A DNA stretch of 64,000 nucleotides, from the IMG/VR virus record IMGVR_UViG_3300021256_000002, positions 128,001-192,000 of that record. One strand, written 5' to 3'. This DNA comes from a virus. Taxonomy: Duplodnaviria > Caudoviricetes. The notes below the pieces were generated by a model. That model was not told the origin of the DNA. It saw only the letters and a program-made list of their open reading frames with translations, and ran no database searches. The stretch's first letter is position 1. The number at the start of each line of letters is the position of its first letter. This document shows positions 17,730-28,498 of the stretch, in pieces. A program made the position numbers and the translations under genes.

Positions 17730-19073
17730 ATGAATATTCAATTAAATAAAGCTCCACGAGAAATTGTCGCTGGACCGACTTTTGAAACCTTAGTAAATGC
17801 TTTTGATAGCATCATGACTAAAGGGAAAGAGTCTCTTGCTGGCGTTCAGCAGCTTAAATATGTTACTAGAGATATTTTCAATATTGATGCAGATATCTCT
17901 ATTCCTTTGTATGGTGAAGTTTCAGCATACAAATTTTATGGTTTTAGAGTTTTTCCAAAACCTTTCAAAGACCTTGCCGCAGATAAACCTGAATCAGGTC
18001 CTGTAGGGGTTATCAATGGTGTTCAGGTAGTACCTCAGCAAGCAGTCATTGAGCTTGACCCAAGACTTCTCAATGATTATAGTAATAAACTTACTCCTGC
18101 TGAAGTAGCAATTCTTTATCTTTATCATATGACGGAAATTGTTCCTGATAAAGAACTTGATAACCGTTTGGTCTTCTTGCATAAAGCGTACATGACTCCG
18201 GATAATATTGATTGGAGAATAGTTCATCTGTACACAGAAGACAATCCGTCTGTATATCGGTTGAATGTTCTACTCAATCTCTATCGTTCATACTGGGTAA
18301 ACTTCAAGAGAACTCCGTCAATGACTTCTATTGTTGCAAACTACTCAGATTCGATGAGTATCTATCGTAGTGCTATCAATAAGATTATCAAAGCTTATGG
18401 TACGATGGAACTCATTGACCGTAAGATGAGTGAATTTGATGCAGGTGCTCTTGGTATTGTGAAGTTGATATATGAATCTATCAACGACTTGAAGTATTCT
18501 GCATTCAGATTCCGTAAGAATTTGATGAATATGGTAAAAACAACTTCTTCTCCATATGCAAAGAAAATTCTCCTTGCTCTTTACCATAAATTCACTAATA
18601 AGGTTGATATGGTATTCGCAGAAGAATCTGCTCAGTTTGTTGGTCATCAGGTAAGTGAAGAAAAGACACCTGAAATGATTGCAATCGAAAATGCAAATAT
18701 CGACGCATATTGGAAGAAGCATATGAAAACTCTACTTGAGAACGTAGAAGTTCAATTCTTGGATAGAAACGGTATGGCTCTCAAGTGCAGTAAATTGGAA
18801 GTTGATGAACTTCGTGTTCAGGTAAACGATATCGATTCAACCGATGATAAGATTTTCCTTCTTGAGAAGGTTCATAAAAATCTTGCTATTATCGACAATG
18901 CACTCATGATGTTAAAGATGCCTGATAAGAAACATAAAGTCCGTCAGTCCGAAAGTGAATTGAAGAATCTCCGTACCGAATTGGGACTCATCAGAGAAAA
19001 GATTTTCAAAGCCCCTGTTGGTCCAACTCGATATGGTTTGTTTGTAAAGTATCCTGAAGGGTATGAAGGATAA
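17730..19073 (+). CDS. Putative virion structural protein
   Basis: Late motif gaca-aaatcg-ta at 17686-17697; co-oriented with terminase; 447 aa. Confidence 0.5.
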   Translation: MNIQLNKAPREIVAGPTFETLVNAFDSIMTKGKESLAGVQQLKYVTRDIFNIDADISIPLYGEVSAYKFYGFRVFPKPFKDLAADKPESGPVGVINGVQVVPQQAVIELDPRLLNDYSNKLTPAEVAILYLYHMTEIVPDKELDNRLVFLHKAYMTPDNIDWRIVHLYTEDNPSVYRLNVLLNLYRSYWVNFKRTPSMTSIVANYSDSMSIYRSAINKIIKAYGTMELIDRKMSEFDAGALGIVKLIYESINDLKYSAFRFRKNLMNMVKTTSSPYAKKILLALYHKFTNKVDMVFAEESAQFVGHQVSEEKTPEMIAIENANIDAYWKKHMKTLLENVEVQFLDRNGMALKCSKLEVDELRVQVNDIDSTDDKIFLLEKVHKNLAIIDNALMMLKMPDKKHKVRQSESELKNLRTELGLIREKIFKAPVGPTRYGLFVKYPEGYEG

Positions 19074-19100
19074 TAGTATATTGAGATAGGGTGGTATATA

Positions 19101-21380
19101 ATGGCTAATATCATAAGTAAGCCACGTCCTAAGCTCAAATCTGGAGTAGACGAGGATGGTACTCGATTCTTTTACGATATTACAACGAAGAATATTTCGT
19201 TCTTACAAACTTCTGCTGATTTGAAGAAGCTTGGTATACAGAATAATCAATTCTTCTTGAAGTTGTATGATCGTGAGCTTATAGGAGTCGACCCATTCTC
19301 GCCTTCTCTTTCCAATGAGCTTATTGAACGTATTAATTTTGAATGTGCAATGAACCCTTGGTTCTTCCGTAGAGAGTGTGTGCGTATCCCAACTGAAGCA
19401 GGTGGAACTGGACCTGGATCGGGTGTTTTGTTCATGCTTCATAGAGCAAATCTTGCACTCTCATGGTGTTTTGATAATTGCGTGAGTTTTTATGAAGTAA
19501 TCCCACGTCAGACTGGTAAAACCCAGTCCACACTGGCTAATTACAATTACGCTTTCTTATATGGAACAACGAACTCTCAGTTCAACTTCTGTTGTAAAAC
19601 TCAAGGTGACTCAGATGCTAACTTAGAGAAATTGAGAGTTCAAAAAGAGCGCTTGCCTATATATATGCAGCAAAGATTTCAGTTTGTATTCGATGAACGC
19701 TCTCAAGAAATGAAAGTCGTAGCTGGTAAGGATAACGTACGTACGTTATCTAATCCAATCACTCACAATGTGATTGTATCAAAACCATCTGCAACTACGA
19801 TAGCTAAAGCTGATGGTATTGGTCGTGGTAACTCTGCTCCTCTTCAGTATTACGATGAAGCAGAATTCACTCCATTCATTGGTACTATTCTCAAAGCATC
19901 TGGTCCGGCATTTGGTGAAGCTGCTGCTCATGCAGAAAAGAATGGTGGTATGTATGGACGTGTTATTACGTCTACACCAGGATTCATCGGTACAGAACCA
20001 GTTATTGCCATGAATGAATGGCGTGAACGTATGGGTATCTTTACTGAGAAGATGTATGATATGCCAAGTCATGGACCTGGTTCTTGGAGAGAATACATCA
20101 AAAAGAATTCTCAGAACGGATTCATGTATATCGAATTCTCCTATAAGCAGATTGGTAGAGATGAGAATTGGTATCAGAAGATGTGTGCTTATCTGAATCA
20201 CGATGTTGTTCAGATAAAACGTGAGCTTCTTCTTCAGAGAATTGCTAATAATACAAATTCTCCATTTGCTCCAGAAGACCTTGAAACAATCAATTCTTTC
20301 CGAGGTCATCCGATTGAAGAACATATCGTTCATCAAGATTTCTTACTTAGAGTCTATCGTCCAATTGATAAAACGATACCGTATGTAATTGGTGTTGATG
20401 TATCTACTGGTTTGAATGAAGACTACACGGTAGCAACCTTCATTGACCCATATACAGAAGTGCCTGTTGCAGTATTCAGAACTCCTCTTCTTGATGAAGT
20501 TGAAGCGGCTGAATGTCTGGCTGAATTGATTGCTAAATTTGCTCCTAAAGGATTACTTGCAATTGAAAGAAATAACATTGGTAGTTCAGTAATATCTATC
20601 TTACGTAAATCTAAGTGGAGAAAGTTTATATATAACGATCCAACTAAAATGGATAATACTCCTGATGATAAGCTTGATAGAAAAGGTCAATTGATAAAAC
20701 AGGCAGAAAATAGAAGATACTGGGGTATCTGTACGACTGGTAAATCAAGAGACCGTATGATGGCTATTCTTTTGAATAGAGCAATTCACGAAAAAGATAA
20801 ATTCGTATGCAACGAAATCATCGATGAGATGAATACACTCGTTAAGAACAGTCGTGGTACGATTGCAGCTGCTGCTGGATATCATGATGACTGCGTAATG
20901 TCATATCTGATTGGTATGTACGTTATCAAACACGGTATCAATCTTCGTAGATATGGAATCATTCAAGGTCTGAAGTATGATGAAGAAGATCAGAAACCAT
21001 TCCAAGAAGAGCCTGAAGACGATCCAGTGAAGATGTGGGAACGCTTGCCTGAAGCATATAAGAAGATATTCCCTAAGCCAAATCAAACATTGGTTCACGG
21101 CGTATCTGCTACAGCAGGTGCATTTGTTGAAAAAGAAGAAGATATCAGACCTAAAGAACCTGACCCATTATATAATCAGATTCAAGGAATACAGAAAAGA
21201 AGAGCTTTACGTAAAGCGATTATTGATAACGAAGACTTAGATAATATTGATATCAATAAAATTGAATCCGATAACGATTATATTCGAGAGATGGTTAGTA
21301 TGGCAGAAAACCGTACTCGAAGAACTGGAGTAGGAGATTATGGATTAGGATTTGATATTGCAGATTTGCTGAATAAATAA
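19101..21380 (+). CDS. terL: Terminase large subunit
   Basis: Walker A PRQTGKT, Walker B YYDE, coupling motif ITSTPG, RNase H-like GVDVSTG and HDDCVMS. Confidence 0.95.
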   Translation: MANIISKPRPKLKSGVDEDGTRFFYDITTKNISFLQTSADLKKLGIQNNQFFLKLYDRELIGVDPFSPSLSNELIERINFECAMNPWFFRRECVRIPTEAGGTGPGSGVLFMLHRANLALSWCFDNCVSFYEVIPRQTGKTQSTLANYNYAFLYGTTNSQFNFCCKTQGDSDANLEKLRVQKERLPIYMQQRFQFVFDERSQEMKVVAGKDNVRTLSNPITHNVIVSKPSATTIAKADGIGRGNSAPLQYYDEAEFTPFIGTILKASGPAFGEAAAHAEKNGGMYGRVITSTPGFIGTEPVIAMNEWRERMGIFTEKMYDMPSHGPGSWREYIKKNSQNGFMYIEFSYKQIGRDENWYQKMCAYLNHDVVQIKRELLLQRIANNTNSPFAPEDLETINSFRGHPIEEHIVHQDFLLRVYRPIDKTIPYVIGVDVSTGLNEDYTVATFIDPYTEVPVAVFRTPLLDEVEAAECLAELIAKFAPKGLLAIERNNIGSSVISILRKSKWRKFIYNDPTKMDNTPDDKLDRKGQLIKQAENRRYWGICTTGKSRDRMMAILLNRAIHEKDKFVCNEIIDEMNTLVKNSRGTIAAAAGYHDDCVMSYLIGMYVIKHGINLRRYGIIQGLKYDEEDQKPFQEEPEDDPVKMWERLPEAYKKIFPKPNQTLVHGVSATAGAFVEKEEDIRPKEPDPLYNQIQGIQKRRALRKAIIDNEDLDNIDINKIESDNDYIREMVSMAENRTRRTGVGDYGLGFDIADLLNK

Positions 21381-21418
21381 AAAGAAACAACCGAGTTGAA
21401 TCTCGGTTGTTTCTTTTC
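21380..21418. terminator. Bidirectional terminator
   Basis: aaaagaaacaaccgag/ctcggttgtttctttt between convergent genes. Confidence 0.75.
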
Positions 21419-21430
21419 TGTAGTTGGATA

Positions 21431-22822
21431 TTAGATTTCTTCCAGCTTCTTCATGATGTCTTCCTTCATCTTATCGATTTCAGCAAGTTTGTCAAGCAGT
21501 TCCTGCTTTTCTTTGACCTTTTCAAGCTTCATAGCAACCCGATCGCGGACATCCGAAATACGAGCGATGTAGCCATCCAATTCATACTGGAGTTTTTCAA
21601 GGATATTGGCATCCATACCCTTGGTAGCTTCGATGTCCCATTCTTCCATGATTTTGATACCTTCATCGATTCTGATTGGAGCGAACGGAATAGCCGGAAC
21701 GTTTGGATTCGTAAAGAGATTAACTTCCTCATCTTTATTGACTGCTTCTTCAACTTGCTCAACGGGTTTAACCTCTTCGGCATCAACATCGATTGTTTCG
21801 CCCATGATTTCTTTAGCCATCTTGTTCTTCGCCTCCATCGCTTTATCTCTGTACTCTTTGATTGTCTTGATTTCTATAAGACGGGTATTGATGTCATCGG
21901 ATGTCACATCCCTATAGTCAGGATCGCTCATTCTTGCATTCATAGCGTTTTGGTAAATGCTATCAGTTGAATATTTGGATTCGCTGTTAGTTAATTTTGC
22001 AAACTGCTCATCCAAATAAATTTTAACCATTGTTTTATAGTACATATTACTACGAGCTCTACTAAATGCAGTAGGACGGTACCCCAATATAACGGAAAGA
22101 TCATCGTCGCTCATATTTTCAAGATCAGCCTCGATGATATCTTTCCACTCACTATCAGTGATTTTATTGATGTACATCCGTTTGGATTCGACCTTCGAAG
22201 TGAAATCAAGGTCGTTTGGATCAATAAAACCGTACTGCTTAATAGTACGTAATATATACCGAAGAGCTGTCTTTTTATAGTTCGGATCACCCATCACGGA
22301 TATAATATCATCATACGTTTTTAACTCTGGATGACGTATGATGATGGATGTGATTTTTAGCCGTGCTCTATCACTATATTGGGCAAACCCAGCTGGAACT
22401 TTATTCCAATATACTTTACGACATTTGGTATTTAGTAATTTACACGCATCTTCTATACTAAGACACGCATATTTTGCAGCTACATTAATATCTCCGTTAT
22501 TCTGGAGCAAAGAATCGACCAGATACGGTAAACGTTCCTCAGGAGTTACGGATTTCATTTCTACCGTTTCGATCGGTTCTTCTTCTGGGGATTCACCCAC
22601 CTCAACGATTTTGCGATCGCTAACATAATGCAGCGGATCATAACTTGGATTAGCAACAGCACTTAACATAATTCTATTCCTCTTAACCACGGCCATTACC
22701 TGACCAACATCGCAGTGGAGTTTATTCGCAATAGACTTTTTATCATCATTGCGATTCACTCCAATCTCATATAAGATTTTCTTCTCCAGATCCCGTTTGT
22801 TCTTATTTAGCATAAGAATCAA
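21431..22822 (-). CDS. Early protein with putative HTH segments and C-terminal coiled coil
   Basis: Early motif 22870-22886; KSIANKLHCDVGQV and INVAAKYACLS resemble HTH helices. Confidence 0.45.
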   Translation of the reverse strand: MILMLNKNKRDLEKKILYEIGVNRNDDKKSIANKLHCDVGQVMAVVKRNRIMLSAVANPSYDPLHYVSDRKIVEVGESPEEEPIETVEMKSVTPEERLPYLVDSLLQNNGDINVAAKYACLSIEDACKLLNTKCRKVYWNKVPAGFAQYSDRARLKITSIIIRHPELKTYDDIISVMGDPNYKKTALRYILRTIKQYGFIDPNDLDFTSKVESKRMYINKITDSEWKDIIEADLENMSDDDLSVILGYRPTAFSRARSNMYYKTMVKIYLDEQFAKLTNSESKYSTDSIYQNAMNARMSDPDYRDVTSDDINTRLIEIKTIKEYRDKAMEAKNKMAKEIMGETIDVDAEEVKPVEQVEEAVNKDEEVNLFTNPNVPAIPFAPIRIDEGIKIMEEWDIEATKGMDANILEKLQYELDGYIARISDVRDRVAMKLEKVKEKQELLDKLAEIDKMKEDIMKKLEEI

Positions 22823-22925
22823 CCCTCTCTTTCTTTTTTACAAGAGTTATTTTAATTGACTTACCTGTATATATTATATATTTGAAATTTGATTTAATAA
22901 TTTCAAGTACAGAATCGTAAGATAT

Positions 22926-23813
22926 TTGAATAACTTAAGGAAGGTGAGTAATTTGATTGCGAATCTTGATGATAACGTAGAAGTTTTCGGTGATGAAGTA
23001 GTCAAAATGCCGATGTTGAAAGAAGTCAGTGGAGAACTCATCGTTGAATGCATAGATGAACAGTTGGCTGACCCAACTTCAACTAATATAAACTTCTTAG
23101 AAACGTTTAAAGAAAATTATGATGATGATGTAGAAGACGCTAACGGTGATGATGACGCTACTAAAGAATTGAATGACATCGCTAGAGACTTCTACACGAA
23201 TGTGCTTGATAAAATCAATAAAAAGTATCAACTTGGTTTAGATGAAGATGAGGTATATTCTACTGGAGGAGATACTCTTAGGAATATAACCGATGGTCTA
23301 TACCAGTTCTTCTTGGTTGATTATCAAGATAACATAACTAATTATATTTCCAAAATGATAATCATAATGAAAGACGCACTCGCCGAGTCTATTCAGAAAG
23401 AAAAGAAAAATAAGAATGATGTTGTAACAGATGTGATGACGAGGAAGATTAAAAATGCCTCGTATGGTATAATTCTTGCTAATATTAACGCTGCCATCAA
23501 TCTTGTAAAAGATATGGAGATGGATACTGCTGATTTCGTCAATATGTATGACGAAGAGTATTTCCCTGTAGCAATTCTTAAGTATTGCATTAAGAATAAT
23601 CTGGTTAATGGGGACTTTGTTCCAGCATTCCTTCAGCCATTCTATATGAGAATCCAAGATGATGCGTATGATGAAATCATGCTGACGATTCAGCAGAAAA
23701 TTTTTGAAGAATATAAACGGGAATTTGGTATAAAGGATTCCATTGATATTACGGCTGAAGATATTTATACTGAAACCGACCTTGAAAACGATGAGGTCGA
23801 TGAACCCGTTTAA
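22926..23813 (+). CDS. Acidic hypothetical late protein
   Basis: Late motif taca-gaatcg-ta at 22908-22919; likely TTG start near 22953. Confidence 0.6.
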   Translation: MNNLRKVSNLIANLDDNVEVFGDEVVKMPMLKEVSGELIVECIDEQLADPTSTNINFLETFKENYDDDVEDANGDDDATKELNDIARDFYTNVLDKINKKYQLGLDEDEVYSTGGDTLRNITDGLYQFFLVDYQDNITNYISKMIIIMKDALAESIQKEKKNKNDVVTDVMTRKIKNASYGIILANINAAINLVKDMEMDTADFVNMYDEEYFPVAILKYCIKNNLVNGDFVPAFLQPFYMRIQDDAYDEIMLTIQQKIFEEYKREFGIKDSIDITAEDIYTETDLENDEVDEPV

Positions 23814-23835
23814 TTATATTGGAGGTATATCTATT

Positions 23836-24909
23836 ATGAATGAAAAAGTAACTCCGGTACATGATGAAGATTGTTTGGACATTGAAACACTCAACTTTTC
23901 AACTGAATCAATGAACACGCTGAATGAAGATGACCAAGACTTCATCAAATTGAATAAAGCCGTTGCATTGGCTAGAAGTATCAATGCATTGGATATGAAA
24001 ATTGTATATAGCTGCAGGTTGATTAGAGAGTTTTTCCCTGAAGCTGATATTGAAACCATCAAATTGATTTGCTCTCGAATTGATGATATCGAAGCAAAAG
24101 CAGTGGATGAACTCAATATGGGTTTCATTGATTCTATTCTCACTGTAGGAGACAAGAAGTATGATATGGCTCTTCCTTCTGCAATGAATAGAAAGTTCGG
24201 CGCCAAACTCAAGGAACTTAGTAAGATAGATTATTATCGTACAATCATTGGATGCCTTAAAGGGGTATCTGATGACTTGGATTCTGCTGCTAAGAAGAAA
24301 GATGAGTTTGTAGCTGCTTTTGAGAAGGAAGTTGATGAAAAGCATAAAGAAATCATCGCTTCTCCTGATAAAATAGAAGAATACACAACTTCTTATTTCA
24401 AGAAGAAATTGGAAAATCCTGAAACTGATGAAGCTACTAAGAGGAATATCGAGGAAACGCTCAAATGGATGAATTACGCATATAACCTCGAGCCGATTAT
24501 CAATACGGTACGTGGTATTCTTCAGGAGAAAGGAACAACTTCTTCTATTATATATGGATACAAACATCGTGCTAGTGGTATCTTTAAAGCTGCTATGCAG
24601 GCGTGTGAAAAACATCAGATAACTTTCCCTGTGAATACCTTGATTGGTATTGAGAGTTATCTGCTTGGAGAAGAGTACAAGAGCACTGACCATCTATTCG
24701 CTTACTTGATTGCTTGGTATATTAAATATCGTAGCTCAGGTATGAATAAGTATGAGAAGGTATTCATTACTCAACTGCTTTCTATCGTCAGTGAGATTTC
24801 TCAGCATAAGAAAGATCCTGATGATAAGAATCCTACTAAGGAAATCAAGGAGAAGTTCTCTCCGTTCTTGAAGCAGCTTATCGACCTTGTGTTAGATAAT
24901 TGCAATTAA
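23836..24909 (+). CDS. Hypothetical late protein
   Basis: GGAGG SD before ATG 23836 within ORF 23743-24909. Confidence 0.6.
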   Translation: MNEKVTPVHDEDCLDIETLNFSTESMNTLNEDDQDFIKLNKAVALARSINALDMKIVYSCRLIREFFPEADIETIKLICSRIDDIEAKAVDELNMGFIDSILTVGDKKYDMALPSAMNRKFGAKLKELSKIDYYRTIIGCLKGVSDDLDSAAKKKDEFVAAFEKEVDEKHKEIIASPDKIEEYTTSYFKKKLENPETDEATKRNIEETLKWMNYAYNLEPIINTVRGILQEKGTTSSIIYGYKHRASGIFKAAMQACEKHQITFPVNTLIGIESYLLGEEYKSTDHLFAYLIAWYIKYRSSGMNKYEKVFITQLLSIVSEISQHKKDPDDKNPTKEIKEKFSPFLKQLIDLVLDNCN

Positions 24910-24969
24910 CAACACGGTAACCAGATGTATTTCTGGTTACCGTTTATTACTATACAAAGGATGATAAAT

Positions 24970-25704
24970 ATGGGTGATTTTAAGAAAAACGAAAAGAATG
25001 AAATAATCTTCCAAGGGAAGTACATGGAAATGTATATACCGCAGTTTTACTTTGATAAAAACGTCGCCCAATCAATCGGTGACCATTTTAAAACTCTCGG
25101 TATTTTGAACTTCAGAACCTTTACAGATATTGATGGTAAAGGACCTTCTAAGTTAAGAACTTTTACAATCTCTACTATTATATATACATATCCATCTGGT
25201 GGGTATACTGAAGAAACTCTTGACCTTGTTGGTAAAGGTAAAGAGAAATACTATGTACTGAAATTCTATAACGGTGATAAGTTATGCGATTCAGAACAGA
25301 TTGCTTCATTGGATAACTTCAGAGCATTTTTGGACATCTTACTTGGTGGTAAGTTACCGGGTACAATCCCATATGATGTAGTGATTGATTTGTTCAATAA
25401 TAACTTCGCGTTGAATGGTATAGACTTCCCTGTACCTGATAACGTAAAAGAAATAATCATTTCTAAGATATACCGGTATAAGAAAGACCCGTCTGTAGCA
25501 TTTGGTGTAGTATATGGAAAGAATCCGAATATCTCACCATATGACTATATCACGATGAACCCACGTGCAATAACTCGTATGGATTCAACTTATGCTGGTT
25601 TAACATTTGAAGATTTCGATGGTTCTGTTATAAGTGGTTTGCTTACAACTAAGCAGAAGCGTAAAGAAGTAGCAAGTCCTATGGAGCCAGTAATGAAAGC
25701 ATGA
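24970..25704 (+). CDS. Probable RNA polymerase beta' extreme C-terminal fragment (virion RNAP)
   Basis: LNGIDFPVPDNVKEIIISKIYR resembles beta' GVxINDKHIEVIVRQMLR; STYAGLTFED resembles region H SFxSAASFxE; late motif aaca-acacgg-ta at 24908-24919. Confidence 0.5.
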   Translation: MGDFKKNEKNEIIFQGKYMEMYIPQFYFDKNVAQSIGDHFKTLGILNFRTFTDIDGKGPSKLRTFTISTIIYTYPSGGYTEETLDLVGKGKEKYYVLKFYNGDKLCDSEQIASLDNFRAFLDILLGGKLPGTIPYDVVIDLFNNNFALNGIDFPVPDNVKEIIISKIYRYKKDPSVAFGVVYGKNPNISPYDYITMNPRAITRMDSTYAGLTFEDFDGSVISGLLTTKQKRKEVASPMEPVMKA

Positions 25705-25773
25705 AAAAAAAAAGAGACGATGGAATATCAATCCATCGTCTTTTCACTTCGTCGAATTTCTTTTACCAAGTGT

Positions 25774-26019
25774 TTACGCTTTCTTCTGAAGTAACGTGTA
25801 AGACGGTAAGTCAAACAGCACTAAGATAGACTTGCCAATTTTGCGAATTTCCACGCCACTGTAACCCTTTGCAATTAGAGCATTCGACTTCTTTTCAGCT
25901 CTGGCTAAGGTCTTAACAGAGGTAGCATATCGTCTAATCGTTACGAGCCATTTTTCGTTTCCCATGTCATTCACTCCCATTCTGATCAAACTTACAATCT
26001 TTTTAAAGGTCCCCCACAT
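25774..26019 (-). CDS. Small basic early protein
   Basis: Early motif 26038-26053; likely start MGNEKW after a GGGAG SD. Confidence 0.5.
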   Translation of the reverse strand: MWGTFKKIVSLIRMGVNDMGNEKWLVTIRRYATSVKTLARAEKKSNALIAKGYSGVEIRKIGKSILVLFDLPSYTLLQKKA

Positions 26020-26133
26020 TTATGATTGCTACCTTACTATATTATATATTCAAAAATTATTTTTAAAAATCCTAAATCGTGAGCAGATAACATAAAACAC
26101 GATAGTAAAATACAAAATGAAAGGAGAATCATT

Positions 26134-28470
26134 ATGCCTAGAAGTGGACAAATCATTCCTCCTTGGATCCACCCCAGTATCTATGTCGTGATAAATGATA
26201 ACACGCAGTATACTGATTATGCAGCTGGCCCTGATGAAGGTCCGGTATATATGTGCGTATTTGTGGGTCCTAAGGGACGTAATGACCTTTTGAAATTCAA
26301 TAATTGGAGCAAGTTCTGCGATGAATATGGTAAACCGAACTTCAAGAAGTTTGGCCAGTCCATGTATACGCCGTATGTTGGTCTTGCTAAGAACTATTGC
26401 TCAGCATGGTGCTTGCGTCTTGTGGCTGAAAATGCTACGTACGCAAATGTTGTCATGGCTGTTGGATACAAAGTCGAAGCTGGTAGGTTGATCCTCAAGG
26501 TCGCTAACTATTCCCGTACCAATATCACGAATCTGGATGATCTGGATGTCTTTGCACGGTCCATCGAAACGGCTACGCCGGATGCTGATGGATTCAAATG
26601 GCTCCCGATTCTGTCCGTATGGGTTCTTGGTAAAGGCTCTTACGGTAACGACTTCCGTGTTCGTCTGCGTCATGATAAACAGGCAGACAAAGAAAATTCC
26701 TATAAGAATTACAACTTTGATGTCATCTCCACTGAAAATGGCACTGCAACGGTTGAAATCTTCAACGTGACCTTCGACTATGAAGGTGTTGATCCTTTGA
26801 CTAAGGTAACCAATTTCATTGAGGATGCTGTCAATGATACTGACCAGAAAGGTTCTAGCATCGTAGGGTGTAAGTTCTATTCTGATCAGTATGAAACGCT
26901 GTATGAAGCCTTCTGCAAGGCATATAAAGACAGCGTAAATCCGCCAGTAGTAACGGTTCCGGTTGATCGTCTCCCGGCTATCACGCTGCCGTCTACTGAG
27001 AAACTTTACCATCTGACCAAGGATGATGGGTCTCACCAGGCTGGTTTCATGTATGTATACAATGCAACCGATGGTGTATTTGACACGTCTTCCTTCAGTG
27101 TTCAGGAAATTGGTAATGGCACTAACCTGCCGGCTGTTGCTTCGGCATCCAAGTCCTTGATCTACAAGTTCGTTGTAGACTATACGGATACTGATGGCAC
27201 TAACTATCCGGCTGGCTCTGCAGTTATCACTACGGACAATGCAACTTGGACTACTGCTCCGGAAATCATTGACGTAGAAAAGCTGCCTTCCACTACGATG
27301 TATACGGCTGGTACCGTATATGAGCTGACGGCTTCTGATGGCGGTTTCGTTGCAGGTGACCTTGTTATCTACGACGCTACTACCAATGGCTTCGTTCTCT
27401 ACGTAGTAGAAGAAACTGAAGATCCGGAAGTACCTTGGACTATCTCTACTTGGGATATGTTTGGTTATGACCGGATTAATAAGACGACTAACGAATTCAT
27501 CGAATTCGCAGATGGTCTTGAAACTGTTGCAATCCTCGATATCGAAGGTACTCCTTTGATGAGCGGTGACGATGGTGACTTCGCTGATTCTGTTGATACT
27601 GCTACTCGTGATGCTGCTATCGAAGAAGCATTCATGAAGGCATTCGATGGCTCGGTCGATAAGAAAATCAAATCCACCAGACGTGCTCCGGCAGATTTGA
27701 TGTTTGACTTTGGCTCTAGCCTCCAGGTCAAGAATGCAATGGTTGGCCTTGCTCTTGAACGTATGGACGCTCAGCTGTATCTTGATACTGGTCTGGTTAA
27801 CACGGTATACGACCTCTATGACATGGGTCTTGCTATGTACGATATCAATCACTACTTGGTATCGAAGCAGGCTCAGATGTTCAAGGTCGCTGACCCTGTA
27901 ACCGGTAAGAATATTCCTGTAACGTTCTGCTTGTGGCTTGCATCCGCATTCCCCAACCACTATCGTGTGTATGGTAACCATACTCCGTTGGCTGGTGAAT
28001 CCTATGCAACGATTTCTGGCTACGTTAAGAATTCCATTCGTCCGATTATCGATGCAGATGACCATGATATCAAAGAGAAGCTTCTCACTGAATATCAGCT
28101 CAACTACATTGAGTGCTTGGATGAAGATACGTACATTCGTGGTACTCAGACGACTTCTCAGCACGAAAGCACTGATCTCTCTGAGGAAAACAACGTACGT
28201 GTTCTCATGGAAATCAAACGTAAGATTGAACGTCTTACCTACACTCGTCAGTTCCACTGGAGTGAGCAGGAAGACCTGCGTCTCTTCGAAGAGAGCTGCA
28301 ACGAGATTTTCTCCAGTTATCGTGGAACTAAGTGCCGTGAGTTGACGGTACGTGTTGATTCCAACGATTGGGAAAAGACTCGCTACATCGTTCACGTATA
28401 TCTCGAAGTTGTCTTCCGGACCTTCCAGAAGAGAGCTATTGTCGAGATTGATGTGAATCCGCGCGTCTAA
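26134..28470 (+). CDS. Contractile tail sheath protein
   Basis: N-terminal HPSIYVVIND...YGKP...GQ and C-terminal LSEENNVRV...VYLEVVFRTF sheath motifs; late motif aaca-cgatag-ta at 26096-26107; strong codon bias. Confidence 0.9.
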   Translation: MPRSGQIIPPWIHPSIYVVINDNTQYTDYAAGPDEGPVYMCVFVGPKGRNDLLKFNNWSKFCDEYGKPNFKKFGQSMYTPYVGLAKNYCSAWCLRLVAENATYANVVMAVGYKVEAGRLILKVANYSRTNITNLDDLDVFARSIETATPDADGFKWLPILSVWVLGKGSYGNDFRVRLRHDKQADKENSYKNYNFDVISTENGTATVEIFNVTFDYEGVDPLTKVTNFIEDAVNDTDQKGSSIVGCKFYSDQYETLYEAFCKAYKDSVNPPVVTVPVDRLPAITLPSTEKLYHLTKDDGSHQAGFMYVYNATDGVFDTSSFSVQEIGNGTNLPAVASASKSLIYKFVVDYTDTDGTNYPAGSAVITTDNATWTTAPEIIDVEKLPSTTMYTAGTVYELTASDGGFVAGDLVIYDATTNGFVLYVVEETEDPEVPWTISTWDMFGYDRINKTTNEFIEFADGLETVAILDIEGTPLMSGDDGDFADSVDTATRDAAIEEAFMKAFDGSVDKKIKSTRRAPADLMFDFGSSLQVKNAMVGLALERMDAQLYLDTGLVNTVYDLYDMGLAMYDINHYLVSKQAQMFKVADPVTGKNIPVTFCLWLASAFPNHYRVYGNHTPLAGESYATISGYVKNSIRPIIDADDHDIKEKLLTEYQLNYIECLDEDTYIRGTQTTSQHESTDLSEENNVRVLMEIKRKIERLTYTRQFHWSEQEDLRLFEESCNEIFSSYRGTKCRELTVRVDSNDWEKTRYIVHVYLEVVFRTFQKRAIVEIDVNPRV

Positions 28471-28498
28471 TGCTTACTAAGAGAAGAGGTGAGAAAAC

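Noticed and set aside
25600-25630. DFDG in 24970-25704 as an RNAP catalytic motif
   Set aside because: It reads EDFDGS and lacks the third Asp; the context matches beta' region H, and the true catalytic DYDGD is in 53250-54845
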